Below, in pieces: positions 37,434-47,068 of a DNA stretch of 64,000 bases (positions within the stretch are counted from its first letter, which is position 1; every line of letters begins with the position of its first letter). This stretch comes from Capsulimonadaceae bacterium (GTDB taxonomy: Bacteria; Armatimonadota; Armatimonadia; Armatimonadales; Capsulimonadaceae). The notes beneath the pieces are model-generated. The model was not told the DNA's origin, searched no databases, and saw only the letters and a list, made by a program, of their open reading frames with translations. The stretch spans positions 5,568,001 to 5,632,000 of the forward strand of contig OZ244065.1 in the NCBI GenBank assembly GCA_965215505.1. The letters run 5' to 3'. Both the position numbers and the translations under genes were made by a program.

Positions 37434-38488
37434 TTCCCTGGTTGCAGTCCCTCAAGTTCCGGCCGCGCCTGCGGGACTTCTACCGCAACCCGCTCCTGCG
37501 GCTGCGGCTGGCCCTGCTGCTCGGGGTCTTCATCCTGACCGGCGGCACGGCGGGCTACATGGGGATCGAGCATTACACCTTCCTCGAAGCGCTGTTCATG
37601 ACCGTCATCACGCTGGGCAGTGTCGGCTACGGCGAGGTCAAGCCGCTCGACACGGCCGGGACGGTCTTCACGATCGTCCTCATCCTGTTCGGGCTGGGCA
37701 CGGCGGCGTGGCTGTTCACCACCATCATCGAAACGTTCGTCAGCGAGCAAACGCTGCTGCTTCTCTTCAGGAAACGGATGGACCGCACGGTGAACGCCCT
37801 CAAAAACCACTACATCGTCTGCGGCTATGGCCGTATCGGGCAGCAGATCGCGCTAGGGTACACGAACGACAAAGTGCCCTACGTCGTCGTTGAGCAGGAG
37901 CCTTCGCGCGTGGAAATGTTACGGGAAGCCGATGTCCCGCATGTGGAAGGGGACGCCGCCGACGATGAGGTGCTGAAAAGGGCCGGAATAGACCGCGCCG
38001 CCGCTCTCATCGCCGTAACGCCGACCGATGCCGTCAACACGTTCATCGTCCTCTCGGCGCGCGGCCTGCGGCCGGACCTCTACATCGTCGCCCGCGCGGA
38101 CACATTGCAGAACGAGGCCAAGCTGCTCCGGGCGGGGGCCAGCAAGGTCGTCTCGCCGCACATCCTGGGAGGCCGGTGGATGGCGATCACGGCGATCAAC
38201 CCCGCCGTCACGGACTTCATCACGGCCATGACGGAAACCGACCAGTCCAAGTTCCTGCTGCGGGAGGCGACGGTGACCGCCCGTGCCGCCTGCGCGGGTA
38301 TGACGTTCGGGGCCGCCCAACTCAAGCAGAAGACCGGTGCCCTCGTCGTCGCCCTGCGGGCCGGCGGCGAGGGCGGCGTCTTCGTCCCGAACCCGCCCGA
38401 CGCACGGACGCTGACGCCCGGCGACATCTTGATCGCCATCGGCTCCCCGACCCAGCTTTCGAACCTCGCCTGCCTGCTGAACCCCTAG
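37430..38488 (+). CDS. Potassium channel protein with RCK (TrkA-N/C) domains
   Basis: VGYGE filter; HYIVCGYGRIG; GDA; RAGA; ATGA overlap with upstream gene. Confidence 0.92.
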   Translation: MIPWLQSLKFRPRLRDFYRNPLLRLRLALLLGVFILTGGTAGYMGIEHYTFLEALFMTVITLGSVGYGEVKPLDTAGTVFTIVLILFGLGTAAWLFTTIIETFVSEQTLLLLFRKRMDRTVNALKNHYIVCGYGRIGQQIALGYTNDKVPYVVVEQEPSRVEMLREADVPHVEGDAADDEVLKRAGIDRAAALIAVTPTDAVNTFIVLSARGLRPDLYIVARADTLQNEAKLLRAGASKVVSPHILGGRWMAITAINPAVTDFITAMTETDQSKFLLREATVTARAACAGMTFGAAQLKQKTGALVVALRAGGEGGVFVPNPPDARTLTPGDILIAIGSPTQLSNLACLLNP

Positions 38489-38497
38489 CAGCCCGTG

Positions 38498-39091
38498 TCA
38501 CATTCGCAGCAGCGCGTTCCCCGCCGAGGCCAGCCACTCCCGATCGGCTTCGCGCAGGAACTCGCCGATCACGACCTCCTCGCCTCGGCCTTGAAGAGTG
38601 AGAGTGCCCGCGTCAAGCCCCGGCGGGATGCGCCGGAGCAGGAAGCCGCGCACATCCCGCCGCGCCAGCCGATGCTCCCGCGCTCGCCCCCACTCCGAAT
38701 GCCGGACGCCCACCCATTCTTCAGAGATCTCCACCGTGTCACGCGCCGTGACCGGGCGCAGGATCGCCGCCAGGGTGAAGAACCCGAGTGCCTCAGCCAG
38801 CAACAGGCCCAGCAGCAGGGCCGGCTCCCAGTGGCGCAGCGAGTAGGGCAGTCCGGTGGGCGAGATCTGGGCCATGAACAGCACGCTCCGACGTGCTAGC
38901 ACCAGAACCAGGCCGGTGTAGAAGGTAATGAGGAGGTTTGCGAGCAGTACGCAGGCGAAGAACAGGACGACGGGGGAGACGCCGCGCGGCGGGATGACGA
39001 GGGTGATGTTCCCGTCCTCCTCGCGCCGGATTTGGATGGGGCAGTGGCCGGGCCGCTCGCGCGCCCCAGGCACCTCGTCCAGAGTCGTCAT
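38498..39091 (-). CDS. Hypothetical 2-TM membrane protein
   Basis: Coupled to UDG gene by 4-nt overlap; two hydrophobic segments. Confidence 0.7.
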   Translation of the reverse strand: MTTLDEVPGARERPGHCPIQIRREEDGNITLVIPPRGVSPVVLFFACVLLANLLITFYTGLVLVLARRSVLFMAQISPTGLPYSLRHWEPALLLGLLLAEALGFFTLAAILRPVTARDTVEISEEWVGVRHSEWGRAREHRLARRDVRGFLLRRIPPGLDAGTLTLQGRGEEVVIGEFLREADREWLASAGNALLRM

Positions 39092-39699
39092 GCCGCCCGC
39101 GTTTCCAGCAGCGTCCGTAGGGCGCGGTAGTCCGCCTCCTGTGCAGCGTGACTGCGCCCCGTCGGGCTGATGACGACTTGCGGGGATGGGTGATAAAGCG
39201 GGAATAGTGTGTGCCCGTTCCAGGAAACCGCCGTCGCCGCGTGTTGCCGGAGGGTGTAGGAGTGGCTTTCGATGAGGTGCAGTGCGGCCAAGGCTTTGTT
39301 GCCCAGCGTCACGAGGACGGCCGGCCGGACGACGGCCAGGGTGCGCCGGAGGAAGGGCGCACAGTTCCGCAGTTCGGTCGGGGAGGGTGGGGCGTTCGTC
39401 CCGCGCTCCGTGCGCGGGTTGCAGAGGGCGGCGTTGGTCACGAAGACCTCCTCCCGAGCCATCCCCGCCGATTGGAGGTAACGAGTGAAGTTGCGGCCGG
39501 AAGCGTCCCCGGACAATGGAATGCCGCCCTTCTCCGCCCCGAACCGCCCAGGCGCTTCGGCGATGAACAGGACGCGCGCCGCCAGCGGCCCGTTGCCGGC
39601 AGAAAGCACCCGCCGACGTCCCTCCATGCGCGGGCAGGCCCGGCAGGCCTGGGCCTCGCGGACCAGCGCGGCGAACTCGTTTTCGGGGTCGGTCGTCAC
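39088..39699 (-). CDS. Uracil-DNA glycosylase, family 4/5 type
   Basis: CRACP, FIAEAPG, TNAALC.P, NCAPFL, PLYHPS; GTG start inferred. Confidence 0.88.
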   Translation of the reverse strand: MTTDPENEFAALVREAQACRACPRMEGRRRVLSAGNGPLAARVLFIAEAPGRFGAEKGGIPLSGDASGRNFTRYLQSAGMAREEVFVTNAALCNPRTERGTNAPPSPTELRNCAPFLRRTLAVVRPAVLVTLGNKALAALHLIESHSYTLRQHAATAVSWNGHTLFPLYHPSPQVVISPTGRSHAAQEADYRALRTLLETRAA

Positions 39700-39713
39700 T
39701 CGTCCCACCGCCG

Positions 39714-40226
39714 TTAAATTTCCAGCTTGTCGAAACGGCCCGCGCCGGGGTCGAGCGCGTTCTGTAGAACCTGATAGGCCTCCTCGACTTTTTGCAGGAT
39801 CATCTTGGCTTCGGCCTGCTCCTGGGTGCCGTCGGCGAACCGGGAAGGCGCGCACCGGTCGCGCAGCTTGTTGGCCGCCGTCTGCACGGTCAGGAAGTCC
39901 GAGCCGGGCGGGACGCCGAGGATCTTATAGGCCGTCTGCATCGGGTCGGTCTGCAAGGCCGGAGACGCGGCGGGAACGGGCGACGGGGCGTAGCGTGCCG
40001 GAGACAGCTCCCTCTGATTGGCGGACGCCTGGCGCGCGGCGGTGATCTTCGCCTGCGCGCGCTCCATCGGGTCGTCACTGGCCGACAGCCCCGCCTGGAT
40101 GTCGTCGCGGTTCAGGGCCTTCGTCAGCTCATCCTGCGCGTCCGCCGTGATGTCGTTCAGGCGGCCCTTCGCTTCGTTGAGGTAGGTTTTCGCGAGGCGG
40201 AACGACCGCCCCAGAATGTCAGCCAT
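39714..40226 (-). CDS. Protein with C-terminal J-domain-like module lacking HPD
   Basis: AYKILGVP...KLRDRCAPSRF...KVEEAYQVL. Confidence 0.75.
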   Translation of the reverse strand: MADILGRSFRLAKTYLNEAKGRLNDITADAQDELTKALNRDDIQAGLSASDDPMERAQAKITAARQASANQRELSPARYAPSPVPAASPALQTDPMQTAYKILGVPPGSDFLTVQTAANKLRDRCAPSRFADGTQEQAEAKMILQKVEEAYQVLQNALDPGAGRFDKLEI

Positions 40227-40269
40227 AAATGATCCTGGTCCTTACGGGCGAGCCGTTGTATGCCGGCCG

Positions 40270-41052
40270 TTACGAGGGGGACGTGCCGTTGCCGCCGACG
40301 CGGGCTTCCAGCTCCTGGAGCTGCCGGTCGATGTCGGACCCGGCGATGGGGGTGCGGGGCGCGACATTTGCGCTGGCGGCGGGCTTGGGGGCAAGCCCGA
40401 GCCGCTGCTCCATCTGTGCCAGCTCGTCGTCTGCGTTGTTGGCGGCCTCCACGTCTCCCAAGCCGGCCAGCTTGCCGCTCAGGCTCTCGCGGGCAAGCTC
40501 CGTCCGCGCCTGCCCCTCGCTGCGGGCGTTGGAGATCTTGGCCGCCGCGCGCTCGAAGGCCTGGTCGGTGCCGTCCGCCGACATGCCTTCCAGGGCCTTG
40601 TTCATCGAGTTCTCGATCTGGGCCTGCTTCCACTGCGCCTTCATCGAGAGCGCCTGGGCGGTCTTGGCACGGATGCGCTCCTCCTCGCGCCGCATGGCGG
40701 TCTTGACGGCTTCGGTCGTTTCCAAAGCCTGCTGGAGCGAGACCTTGGTGGACTCCAGCGTGCCGTCATACTGCCCCTTCTCGATCAGGAGCTGGCGGGC
40801 CAGATCGCGGTCGCCGTTCTTCAGGGCAAGCTCGGCCTTCGCCTGCAAGTTGTTGACCATCTTCTGGGTCTGGTCCACGAGGGCTTGCAGGTTGTTCTTC
40901 TGCGTGATCGCCTGCACCGCCCGCTCGCGGTTCTTGGCCTGCGCCTCTCGCATCTCTTGCTGGGCCTGCTGCAAGAGGATCTCGGGGTCCTCCAGCTTGT
41001 CCAGATTGAAGCCGAGCAGGCCCTTCAAATACCGCATGATTCGACTGAACAT
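40270..41052 (-). CDS. pspA: PspA/IM30 family protein
   Basis: LEDPEILLQQ, AELALKNGDRDLARQLL, coiled coil. Confidence 0.92.
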   Translation of the reverse strand: MFSRIMRYLKGLLGFNLDKLEDPEILLQQAQQEMREAQAKNRERAVQAITQKNNLQALVDQTQKMVNNLQAKAELALKNGDRDLARQLLIEKGQYDGTLESTKVSLQQALETTEAVKTAMRREEERIRAKTAQALSMKAQWKQAQIENSMNKALEGMSADGTDQAFERAAAKISNARSEGQARTELARESLSGKLAGLGDVEAANNADDELAQMEQRLGLAPKPAASANVAPRTPIAGSDIDRQLQELEARVGGNGTSPS

Positions 41053-41190
41053 GAACTGTCTCCTTCGGGAACGTGCGAGGCACGGCGTACCTGGAATGTC
41101 GTAGAGAATGTCGTAGAAAGCGTCGTCAAGTCTTTATGACACGCGAACCGGCGAAAAGTCGCAGAGCGCCGGCAGGGCCTCATAGAACAT

Positions 41191-41245
41191 ATTATAACAG
41201 ACTGTAAACCCTTTTTCAATCGCGGCTTCCAAGAGCAGGTATAAT
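41191..41245. promoter_or_regulatory. Divergent promoters for pspA (-) and mnmE (+)
   Basis: Minus strand TTGAAA (41219-41214) - 17 bp - TATAAT (41196-41191) with TG extension; plus strand TATAAT 41240-41245, 6 nt before mnmE ATG. Confidence 0.75.
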
Positions 41246-41251
41246 CGCCCC

Positions 41252-42658
41252 ATGATACCCGACGCGACGCCCGACGAAGTGCCTGACGAGACGCCCGACG
41301 AAGTCCGGGATGAAGACACCATCTGCGCGCTGGCGACCCCGCCCGGAACCGGCGGTCTGGGCGTCATCCGCGTCAGCGGCCCCGCCGCCTTCGCCATCGT
41401 GGACCGGGCGACCTGGCGGCCCAACCACACGCCCTGTGCGGGCTGGGCCGGCTACACCCTGCACCGCGCCGACATCGTCCACCCCACGGGCGAGGTGATT
41501 GACGACGTGCTGCTCGCCGTCTTCCACGCCCCGCGCTCCTACACCGGCGAGGACCTCGTCGAGATCTCCGCCCACGGCGGCCCGGTCCCGCTGCGGCAGA
41601 TACTGGGGCGTCTGATGCAGTGCGGGGCGCGGGCCGCCCGGCCGGGCGAATTCACGCAGCGCGCTTTCCTGAACGGCAAGATGGATCTGGCACAGGCTGA
41701 GGCCGTCGGCGACATCATCGCCGCCCGGACCGAGCAGGCCCACCGGCTCGCCCGGCGGCAGAGCGAGGGACGCCTCAGCGCCGCCGTCCGGGAGGTCCGG
41801 GAGATCGCCCTGGGCGTCCTGGCCCGGATCGAGGCCTCGATTGACTTCCCCGAAGACGTGGGCGAGCTGGACATTGATGTCTGCCGGTCCGAGCTGGACC
41901 TCGCGGAGCGCAAAGTCGGCACCCTGCTGGCGACCGCCGATCAGGGCATCCTGTACCGTGAGGGCCTGAAAGTGGTCCTTGCGGGCCGGCCCAACGTCGG
42001 CAAGTCGTCCCTGCTGAACGCCCTGCTGCGCGCCGACCGCGCCATCGTCACCGCCGTTCCGGGCACTACGCGCGATGTAATCGAGGAAACCCTGAACCTG
42101 CGCGGCATCCCCCTGCGCGCTGTGGACACGGCGGGCCTGCGCGAGACGGAAGACGAGGTGGAGCGCATCGGGGTCGCGCGGACGCGCGCCTCCCTCGCCG
42201 ACGCCGACATCGCCTTGCTCGTCCTGGACGCCACGGTCGGCGAGACTGAGGAAGACACCGCCCTGCGCGCCGAGCTGACGGGCCGCCCGCATATCGTCGT
42301 CTGGAACAAGTGGGATCTGAAGCCCGGCGAGGACCCGCCCGCCGGGGGAGTCGTCGTGTCTGCCGTGACCGGCTGGAACCTGGTCGCCCTGGAAGATGCC
42401 CTGGCCGCCCTGGCGTTGGGGGGCCGCGCCGCCGACACCGAAGACACGTTCGTCACCCACGCCCGCCACAAACAGGCGCTGGAGGCGGCGTCAGCGCATC
42501 TGGCGGACGCGCGCGGCACCCTGGACGCCGCCCTGCCCGCCGACTTCCTCTCCATTGACGTGCGGGGCGTCCTGTCCGCCCTGGGCGAGATCACCGGCGA
42601 GACGGCGGGGGAGGACGTAATCAGTGAGATATTTGCGCGTTTCTGCATCGGCAAATAG
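41252..42658 (+). CDS. mnmE: tRNA modification GTPase MnmE
   Basis: IRVSG, PRSYTGED, GRPNVGKSS, PGTTRD, DTAG, NKWD, FCIGK. Confidence 0.98.
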   Translation: MIPDATPDEVPDETPDEVRDEDTICALATPPGTGGLGVIRVSGPAAFAIVDRATWRPNHTPCAGWAGYTLHRADIVHPTGEVIDDVLLAVFHAPRSYTGEDLVEISAHGGPVPLRQILGRLMQCGARAARPGEFTQRAFLNGKMDLAQAEAVGDIIAARTEQAHRLARRQSEGRLSAAVREVREIALGVLARIEASIDFPEDVGELDIDVCRSELDLAERKVGTLLATADQGILYREGLKVVLAGRPNVGKSSLLNALLRADRAIVTAVPGTTRDVIEETLNLRGIPLRAVDTAGLRETEDEVERIGVARTRASLADADIALLVLDATVGETEEDTALRAELTGRPHIVVWNKWDLKPGEDPPAGGVVVSAVTGWNLVALEDALAALALGGRAADTEDTFVTHARHKQALEAASAHLADARGTLDAALPADFLSIDVRGVLSALGEITGETAGEDVISEIFARFCIGK

Positions 42659-44516
42659 GCTCCTGGCTGCCTTCTTCCTGCTTGTCCTGTTCATGCCGGG
42701 CGCGGTTGCCGCGCCTACAAACAAAACGCCCCTTTACACCTACGACCTCGCGCCCGTCCTCGCCTACGACCTGCACACCGAGCGCGGCAGCCGGAAGGCC
42801 TGGACCGAGGCGCATCTGGTCGCCGCCCTGCAAGGCCTGGTCAACCGGAATCGCCCCCGCCTCTACATCACCTACGTCAGCGGCGACACGGGCAGACCGG
42901 GCGGCGTTGACCGTTTCTGGCTGGATCACCTGCGCGCGCCCGGCGGCTGGCTCGCCAAGATGCCGCTGCGCCCGCTGCCGACTTTGGAAAGCCTGGTCCA
43001 GACCTTCCGCCCGCAGATCAAGGGCATCGTCCTCTATGACCTGCACGTCCCCGCCACGAGCAGCGTCGCCTCGACGGCGGCGGGCTGTGAGGACCTCCTG
43101 CCCGTCGCGTATGACCCGGCTCCCGGCTCCGTCTACGACCGCCTCGTCGCCCACGGCCCGCGCCTGCCGGTCAGACTGCGCCTCCTGCACACCGACGGCT
43201 CGCCGCTGTTCACCGGGGCAGAAACCGGCAGCGCCAAGTGTGACGCCTACCTGTGGGCCAAGCGCCACTATCTGGACACGGGGCGGTGTGACCCGACCCT
43301 CCTGGCCTATTACATCGACTCCTGGTGGCTGACCGCGCCCACGAAGTCCGGCCCGGACACGCACGGGCTGTCCGACCATGACTACTTCATCGCCCATCGC
43401 GCCTTCTTCTTCGACCTCTCCCCGTGGGACGACGAGAAGCCGCAGGACGACCCCGATCAGCCGCTCGGCGCGGACACCCGGACGCTGACGGCGATCCTGC
43501 GTACCGCTTATAATCAGACATTGGGCCGGAGCATGATCCACGTCGGAGGCTTCGTCCCCTGGGCCTGGAAGTACACGCGAACTGCTGGGGGTGGGCACGG
43601 CGATGTCGCCACCGAATGGCGCTACGCGGCCATCCTGTCCTGCTTTAACGCCTACATGGACGCCGACGCGTTGGGCCTGAACGCCATGGCAAACGCCTCC
43701 GTCTTCGCCCTGTTTCCCCGCCAAACTCACTACCCGCAAGCCAAGCCGACCGCCGCCGACTGGGCCAAAGCAGGCGACTTGGATGGTACTGGAGGTGTCG
43801 CGCCCTACACCTACATCACGTTCTACGTCGGCGACTACGACTCGGCGGCCTGGCTCTATCAGCGTCTCCCCGCCCTCTGGAACGACCCGGCGCGCGGGTC
43901 CGTCCCGCTCGGCTGGGCGTTCAACCCGAACCTCGCCGACCGCTTCCCCATCGGCCTGGATTGGGCGCGTCGCACGGCCACCGCCAACGACCACTTCATG
44001 GCGGGCGACTCGGGCGCGGGCTACCTCAACCCCGGTAACCTCGACGGCGACCGCCCGTTCTCGCACCTTCCTTCCGGCCTGACCGCTTGGGAGGCGCACT
44101 GTCGCCGCTATTATCAGGCCTGGGGCCTGTCCCTGACCGGGTTCGTCATTGACGGCGATGCGCGCCCCATGTCCGCCGCCGCCCTGGCCGCCTACGCCCG
44201 CTTCTCCCCGGACGGGTTTGTCGCCCAAAAGCTGCCCGCCTATTCGGGCCTGGTCCCCGGCACCCAAACGCCTTACCTGACGATGGGGGCCGACATGCCG
44301 AACCCGGACCAGACTGACGAAGCAGTTCATCGCATCGGGGCGACGCTTGAAGGGGATAGGGGCGCGGGGCCACACTTCCACATCTTCCGCACCATCCTCT
44401 GGTCGCCGTCCGCCCATCAAAGGCTGTTCACGCGCCTACGAGCATCGCCCAACGTCCGCATCGTGGACCCGTACACGCTCCTGGGCCTGCTGCGCCGCCG
44501 CCTGACGCAAAAATAA
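42624..44516 (+). CDS. Secreted GxGYxYP-family putative glycoside hydrolase
   Basis: Signal peptide; LQGLVNR, GDYDS, RGSVPLGW, SGAGYLNP; start uncertain (overlaps mnmE end). Confidence 0.8.
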   Translation: MRYLRVSASANRLLAAFFLLVLFMPGAVAAPTNKTPLYTYDLAPVLAYDLHTERGSRKAWTEAHLVAALQGLVNRNRPRLYITYVSGDTGRPGGVDRFWLDHLRAPGGWLAKMPLRPLPTLESLVQTFRPQIKGIVLYDLHVPATSSVASTAAGCEDLLPVAYDPAPGSVYDRLVAHGPRLPVRLRLLHTDGSPLFTGAETGSAKCDAYLWAKRHYLDTGRCDPTLLAYYIDSWWLTAPTKSGPDTHGLSDHDYFIAHRAFFFDLSPWDDEKPQDDPDQPLGADTRTLTAILRTAYNQTLGRSMIHVGGFVPWAWKYTRTAGGGHGDVATEWRYAAILSCFNAYMDADALGLNAMANASVFALFPRQTHYPQAKPTAADWAKAGDLDGTGGVAPYTYITFYVGDYDSAAWLYQRLPALWNDPARGSVPLGWAFNPNLADRFPIGLDWARRTATANDHFMAGDSGAGYLNPGNLDGDRPFSHLPSGLTAWEAHCRRYYQAWGLSLTGFVIDGDARPMSAAALAAYARFSPDGFVAQKLPAYSGLVPGTQTPYLTMGADMPNPDQTDEAVHRIGATLEGDRGAGPHFHIFRTILWSPSAHQRLFTRLRASPNVRIVDPYTLLGLLRRRLTQK

Positions 44517-44563
44517 TTTTGCGGCGATGTTTCGGCCCGAAACCCGCCGGGTATCATGTTCTC

Positions 44564-44690
44564 GTAAGACAACCGAATAGCGACAACTAAAAAGTGCCTC
44601 ACAACCGAATATAGACAACTTCATAGTGCCGACCAAAACCGAATACATAAACCACGAACAGCCCCCGGAACCACCGGGGGCTGTTCTTAT
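44564..44690 (+). ncRNA. Candidate repeat-containing small RNA (~125 nt)
   Basis: -10 TATCAT 44552-44557; three (A/C)AACCGAATA-led repeats at 44569, 44601, 44635; strong terminator; no plus-strand ORF. Confidence 0.6.
44656..44690 (+). terminator. Intrinsic terminator, 13-bp perfect stem
   Basis: GAACAGCCCCCGG-AACCA-CCGGGGGCTGTTC-TTAT. Confidence 0.85.
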
Positions 44691-44704
44691 GTTCTGTCTT
44701 CGCA

Positions 44705-45427
44705 ATGCTCTCCGTCATCATCCCCACGCTTAACGAGGCCGCGCAGCTTCCCGACACGCTGAACCGTGCTTGGGCCGCCCTGCGGCTCGGCGACGAGATC
44801 ATCGTCGCCGACGGCGGCAGCACCGACGACACGCGCGGACTTGCCTGCGCTTCCGGCGCGCGAGTGATTAGCTCCCCACGTGGGCGCGGCACCCAGATGA
44901 ACGCCGGTGCGGGCGCGGCGACCGGAGACACCCTGCTGTTTCTCCACGCCGACACGCACCTGCCCTCCGACGCCTCCGACCTCATCCGACGCGCCCTCGA
45001 CGACCCTACCTTGCTGGGCGGCAACTTCACCCTCCGGTTCGACGCCTCCGGCTTGCTCCCTCGCCTCTTCGCCGCCGTCTACAACGCCCGCTCTCGCCGC
45101 TCCCGCCTGTTCTACGGGGACAGCGCCCTCTTCGTGCGCCGTGATGTTTTCGACGCCCTGGGCGGTTACAAGGAGGCCATACTGATGGAAGACCATGCTT
45201 TCTGCCTCGCCCTGCGCGCCGAAGCCAGACGCCGCGATGCCACTGCTCCCCTGTCCCATATGCTGCCGATGCTTCCGGCACCGGTCGTCACCAGCGCGCG
45301 CCGCTTCCACGGCAGGCGCGGCCTGGCCTGGCGCATGATCGGTGTGTGGACGCTGCTGCATCTGCTCTACATGCTGGGGGTAAAGGCCGAAGCACTGGAA
45401 CGCCGGTTCTACCCGCCGAAGGGGTAG
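44705..45427 (+). CDS. Glycosyltransferase family 2 (TIGR04283-like)
   Basis: SVIIPTLNE, DGGSTD, GRGTQMNAGA, FLHAD, YGD, LMED, TSARR. Confidence 0.9.
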   Translation: MLSVIIPTLNEAAQLPDTLNRAWAALRLGDEIIVADGGSTDDTRGLACASGARVISSPRGRGTQMNAGAGAATGDTLLFLHADTHLPSDASDLIRRALDDPTLLGGNFTLRFDASGLLPRLFAAVYNARSRRSRLFYGDSALFVRRDVFDALGGYKEAILMEDHAFCLALRAEARRRDATAPLSHMLPMLPAPVVTSARRFHGRRGLAWRMIGVWTLLHLLYMLGVKAEALERRFYPPKG

Positions 45428-45449
45428 GAATCAGGTACAATCCCTTCCG

Positions 45450-46253
45450 ATGACACACGCCACCCTCACCCACATCAACGTCTACCCTGTCAAATCGCTC
45501 GGCGGCTGCTCGGCGGACGTGGCTGCCGTCGAGCCGCGCGGCCTGCGGCATGACCGCCGCTGGATGGTCGTGGACCAGAAGGGCCGGTTTTTGACCCAGC
45601 GCGCTCTGCCGCGCATGGCGCTCGTCAAGGTTGGCCTGACGCCGAATGGGCTGATGCTCACAGCGCCCGGAATGGAACCCTTGAGTGTGTCCTGTGAGCC
45701 GGAAGTCCCGGCCCGGCGTCAGACCGTACAGGTCTGGTCGAGCGTCTGTGAGGCAGTGCCGGTGGGGGAGGCGGCGGATGGGTGGTTTACGGACTATTTG
45801 GACGTTCCCTGCCGCCTCGTTTTCATGCCCGACGAGACGCGGCGACCGGTCAATCCCGAGTACAGCGCGGGCGAGGGCATCGTCAGCTTCGCCGACGGCT
45901 ACCCGCTCCTGCTGCTGGGCGAGGCGTCGCTGGCCGACCTGAACACGCGGCTGGAAATGCCGGTGCCGATGGACCGCTTCCGGCCAAACCTCGTCGTCTC
46001 CGGGGTGCCCGCGTATGTGGAAGACGGCTGGACTAAGGTTCGCATCGGGGACGCGACGTTCTACGGTGTCAAGCCGTGTGACCGCTGCGGCCTCATCACC
46101 GTAGACCAGGAGGCGGGCGAGGCCACCGGCCCCGAGCCGTTGAAGACGCTGGCGACGTACCGGACCAAAGATCAGAAGGTCCTTTTCGGCCGGCTGCTCA
46201 TCCCGGACGGAACGGGCGTCGTGCGCGTCGGCGACGCCGTCGAGGTGCTATGA
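45450..46253 (+). CDS. MOSC domain protein
   Basis: YPVKS, DRRWM, FADGYP, RFRPN, PCDRC. Confidence 0.93.
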   Translation: MTHATLTHINVYPVKSLGGCSADVAAVEPRGLRHDRRWMVVDQKGRFLTQRALPRMALVKVGLTPNGLMLTAPGMEPLSVSCEPEVPARRQTVQVWSSVCEAVPVGEAADGWFTDYLDVPCRLVFMPDETRRPVNPEYSAGEGIVSFADGYPLLLLGEASLADLNTRLEMPVPMDRFRPNLVVSGVPAYVEDGWTKVRIGDATFYGVKPCDRCGLITVDQEAGEATGPEPLKTLATYRTKDQKVLFGRLLIPDGTGVVRVGDAVEVL

Positions 46254-47068
46254 CGAAAGACAACGAGACGCCACTGCTCCAGATCGACCGGGCCACGCTC
46301 GTCAAAGGCGGCGCGCGCATCCTGGACGACCTGAGCCTCACCATCGGGTCAGGCGAACACACCGCCATCGTCGGCCCCAACGGGTCCGGCAAGTCCTCCC
46401 TCATCAAGCTCATCACGCGCCAGCACTACCCGCTGGCGGGCGCAGACGGCAGGCCCAAGATCACGCTCTTTGGCCGCGCCCGGTGGGACGTCTTCGAACT
46501 CCGGACGCTGCTCGGCATCGTCTCCGCCGACCTGCACCAGACCTTCGTCAATGACGGCGCGCTCACAGGCTCCGAGGTCATCCTGTCCGGCTTCTTCGCC
46601 TCGCAGGGTTTAGCAAAACACCATGCCGTGACATCGGCCATGCGCGAACGGGCGCGGGAGGCTTTAGACCTGATGGAAGCCGGTCCGCTCGCGGGCAAGC
46701 CGATGGCGCACATGTCCACGGGGGAGGCGCGGCGCATCCTGATCGCCCGCGCCCTCGTCCACGACCCGCGCGCCCTGCTGCTGGACGAGCCGACGACGGG
46801 CCTTGACCTGATCGCGCGCCGCCGTTTCTTGGAGACGCTGCGGCGCATCGCCGAGCGCGGCACGACCCTCGTTCTGGTCACGCACCACGTCGAGGAGATC
46901 CTGCCGGAGATCGGGCGCGTCGTCTTGATGAAGGCCGGCACGGTCTTCCGCGACGGCGCAAAAGAAGACATCCTGACGCCGCCGACCCTGTCCGCGCTGT
47001 TCGACGCGCCGGTTCAGGTCCGCGAAGAGGCGGGCTACTACGCGGCGGGGTACAATAGCGTCCTATGA
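46250..47068 (+). CDS. ABC ATP-binding protein (ModF/YlmA-like, no adjacent permease)
   Basis: GPNGSGKS, MSTGE, LLLDEPTTGLD, VTHHVEEI. Confidence 0.9.
   Translation: MTKDNETPLLQIDRATLVKGGARILDDLSLTIGSGEHTAIVGPNGSGKSSLIKLITRQHYPLAGADGRPKITLFGRARWDVFELRTLLGIVSADLHQTFVNDGALTGSEVILSGFFASQGLAKHHAVTSAMRERAREALDLMEAGPLAGKPMAHMSTGEARRILIARALVHDPRALLLDEPTTGLDLIARRRFLETLRRIAERGTTLVLVTHHVEEILPEIGRVVLMKAGTVFRDGAKEDILTPPTLSALFDAPVQVREEAGYYAAGYNSVL

Noticed and set aside
44569-44650. Repeats as a mini CRISPR array
   Set aside because: Units are nearly contiguous with no unique ~30-nt spacers, and there are no cas genes in the window
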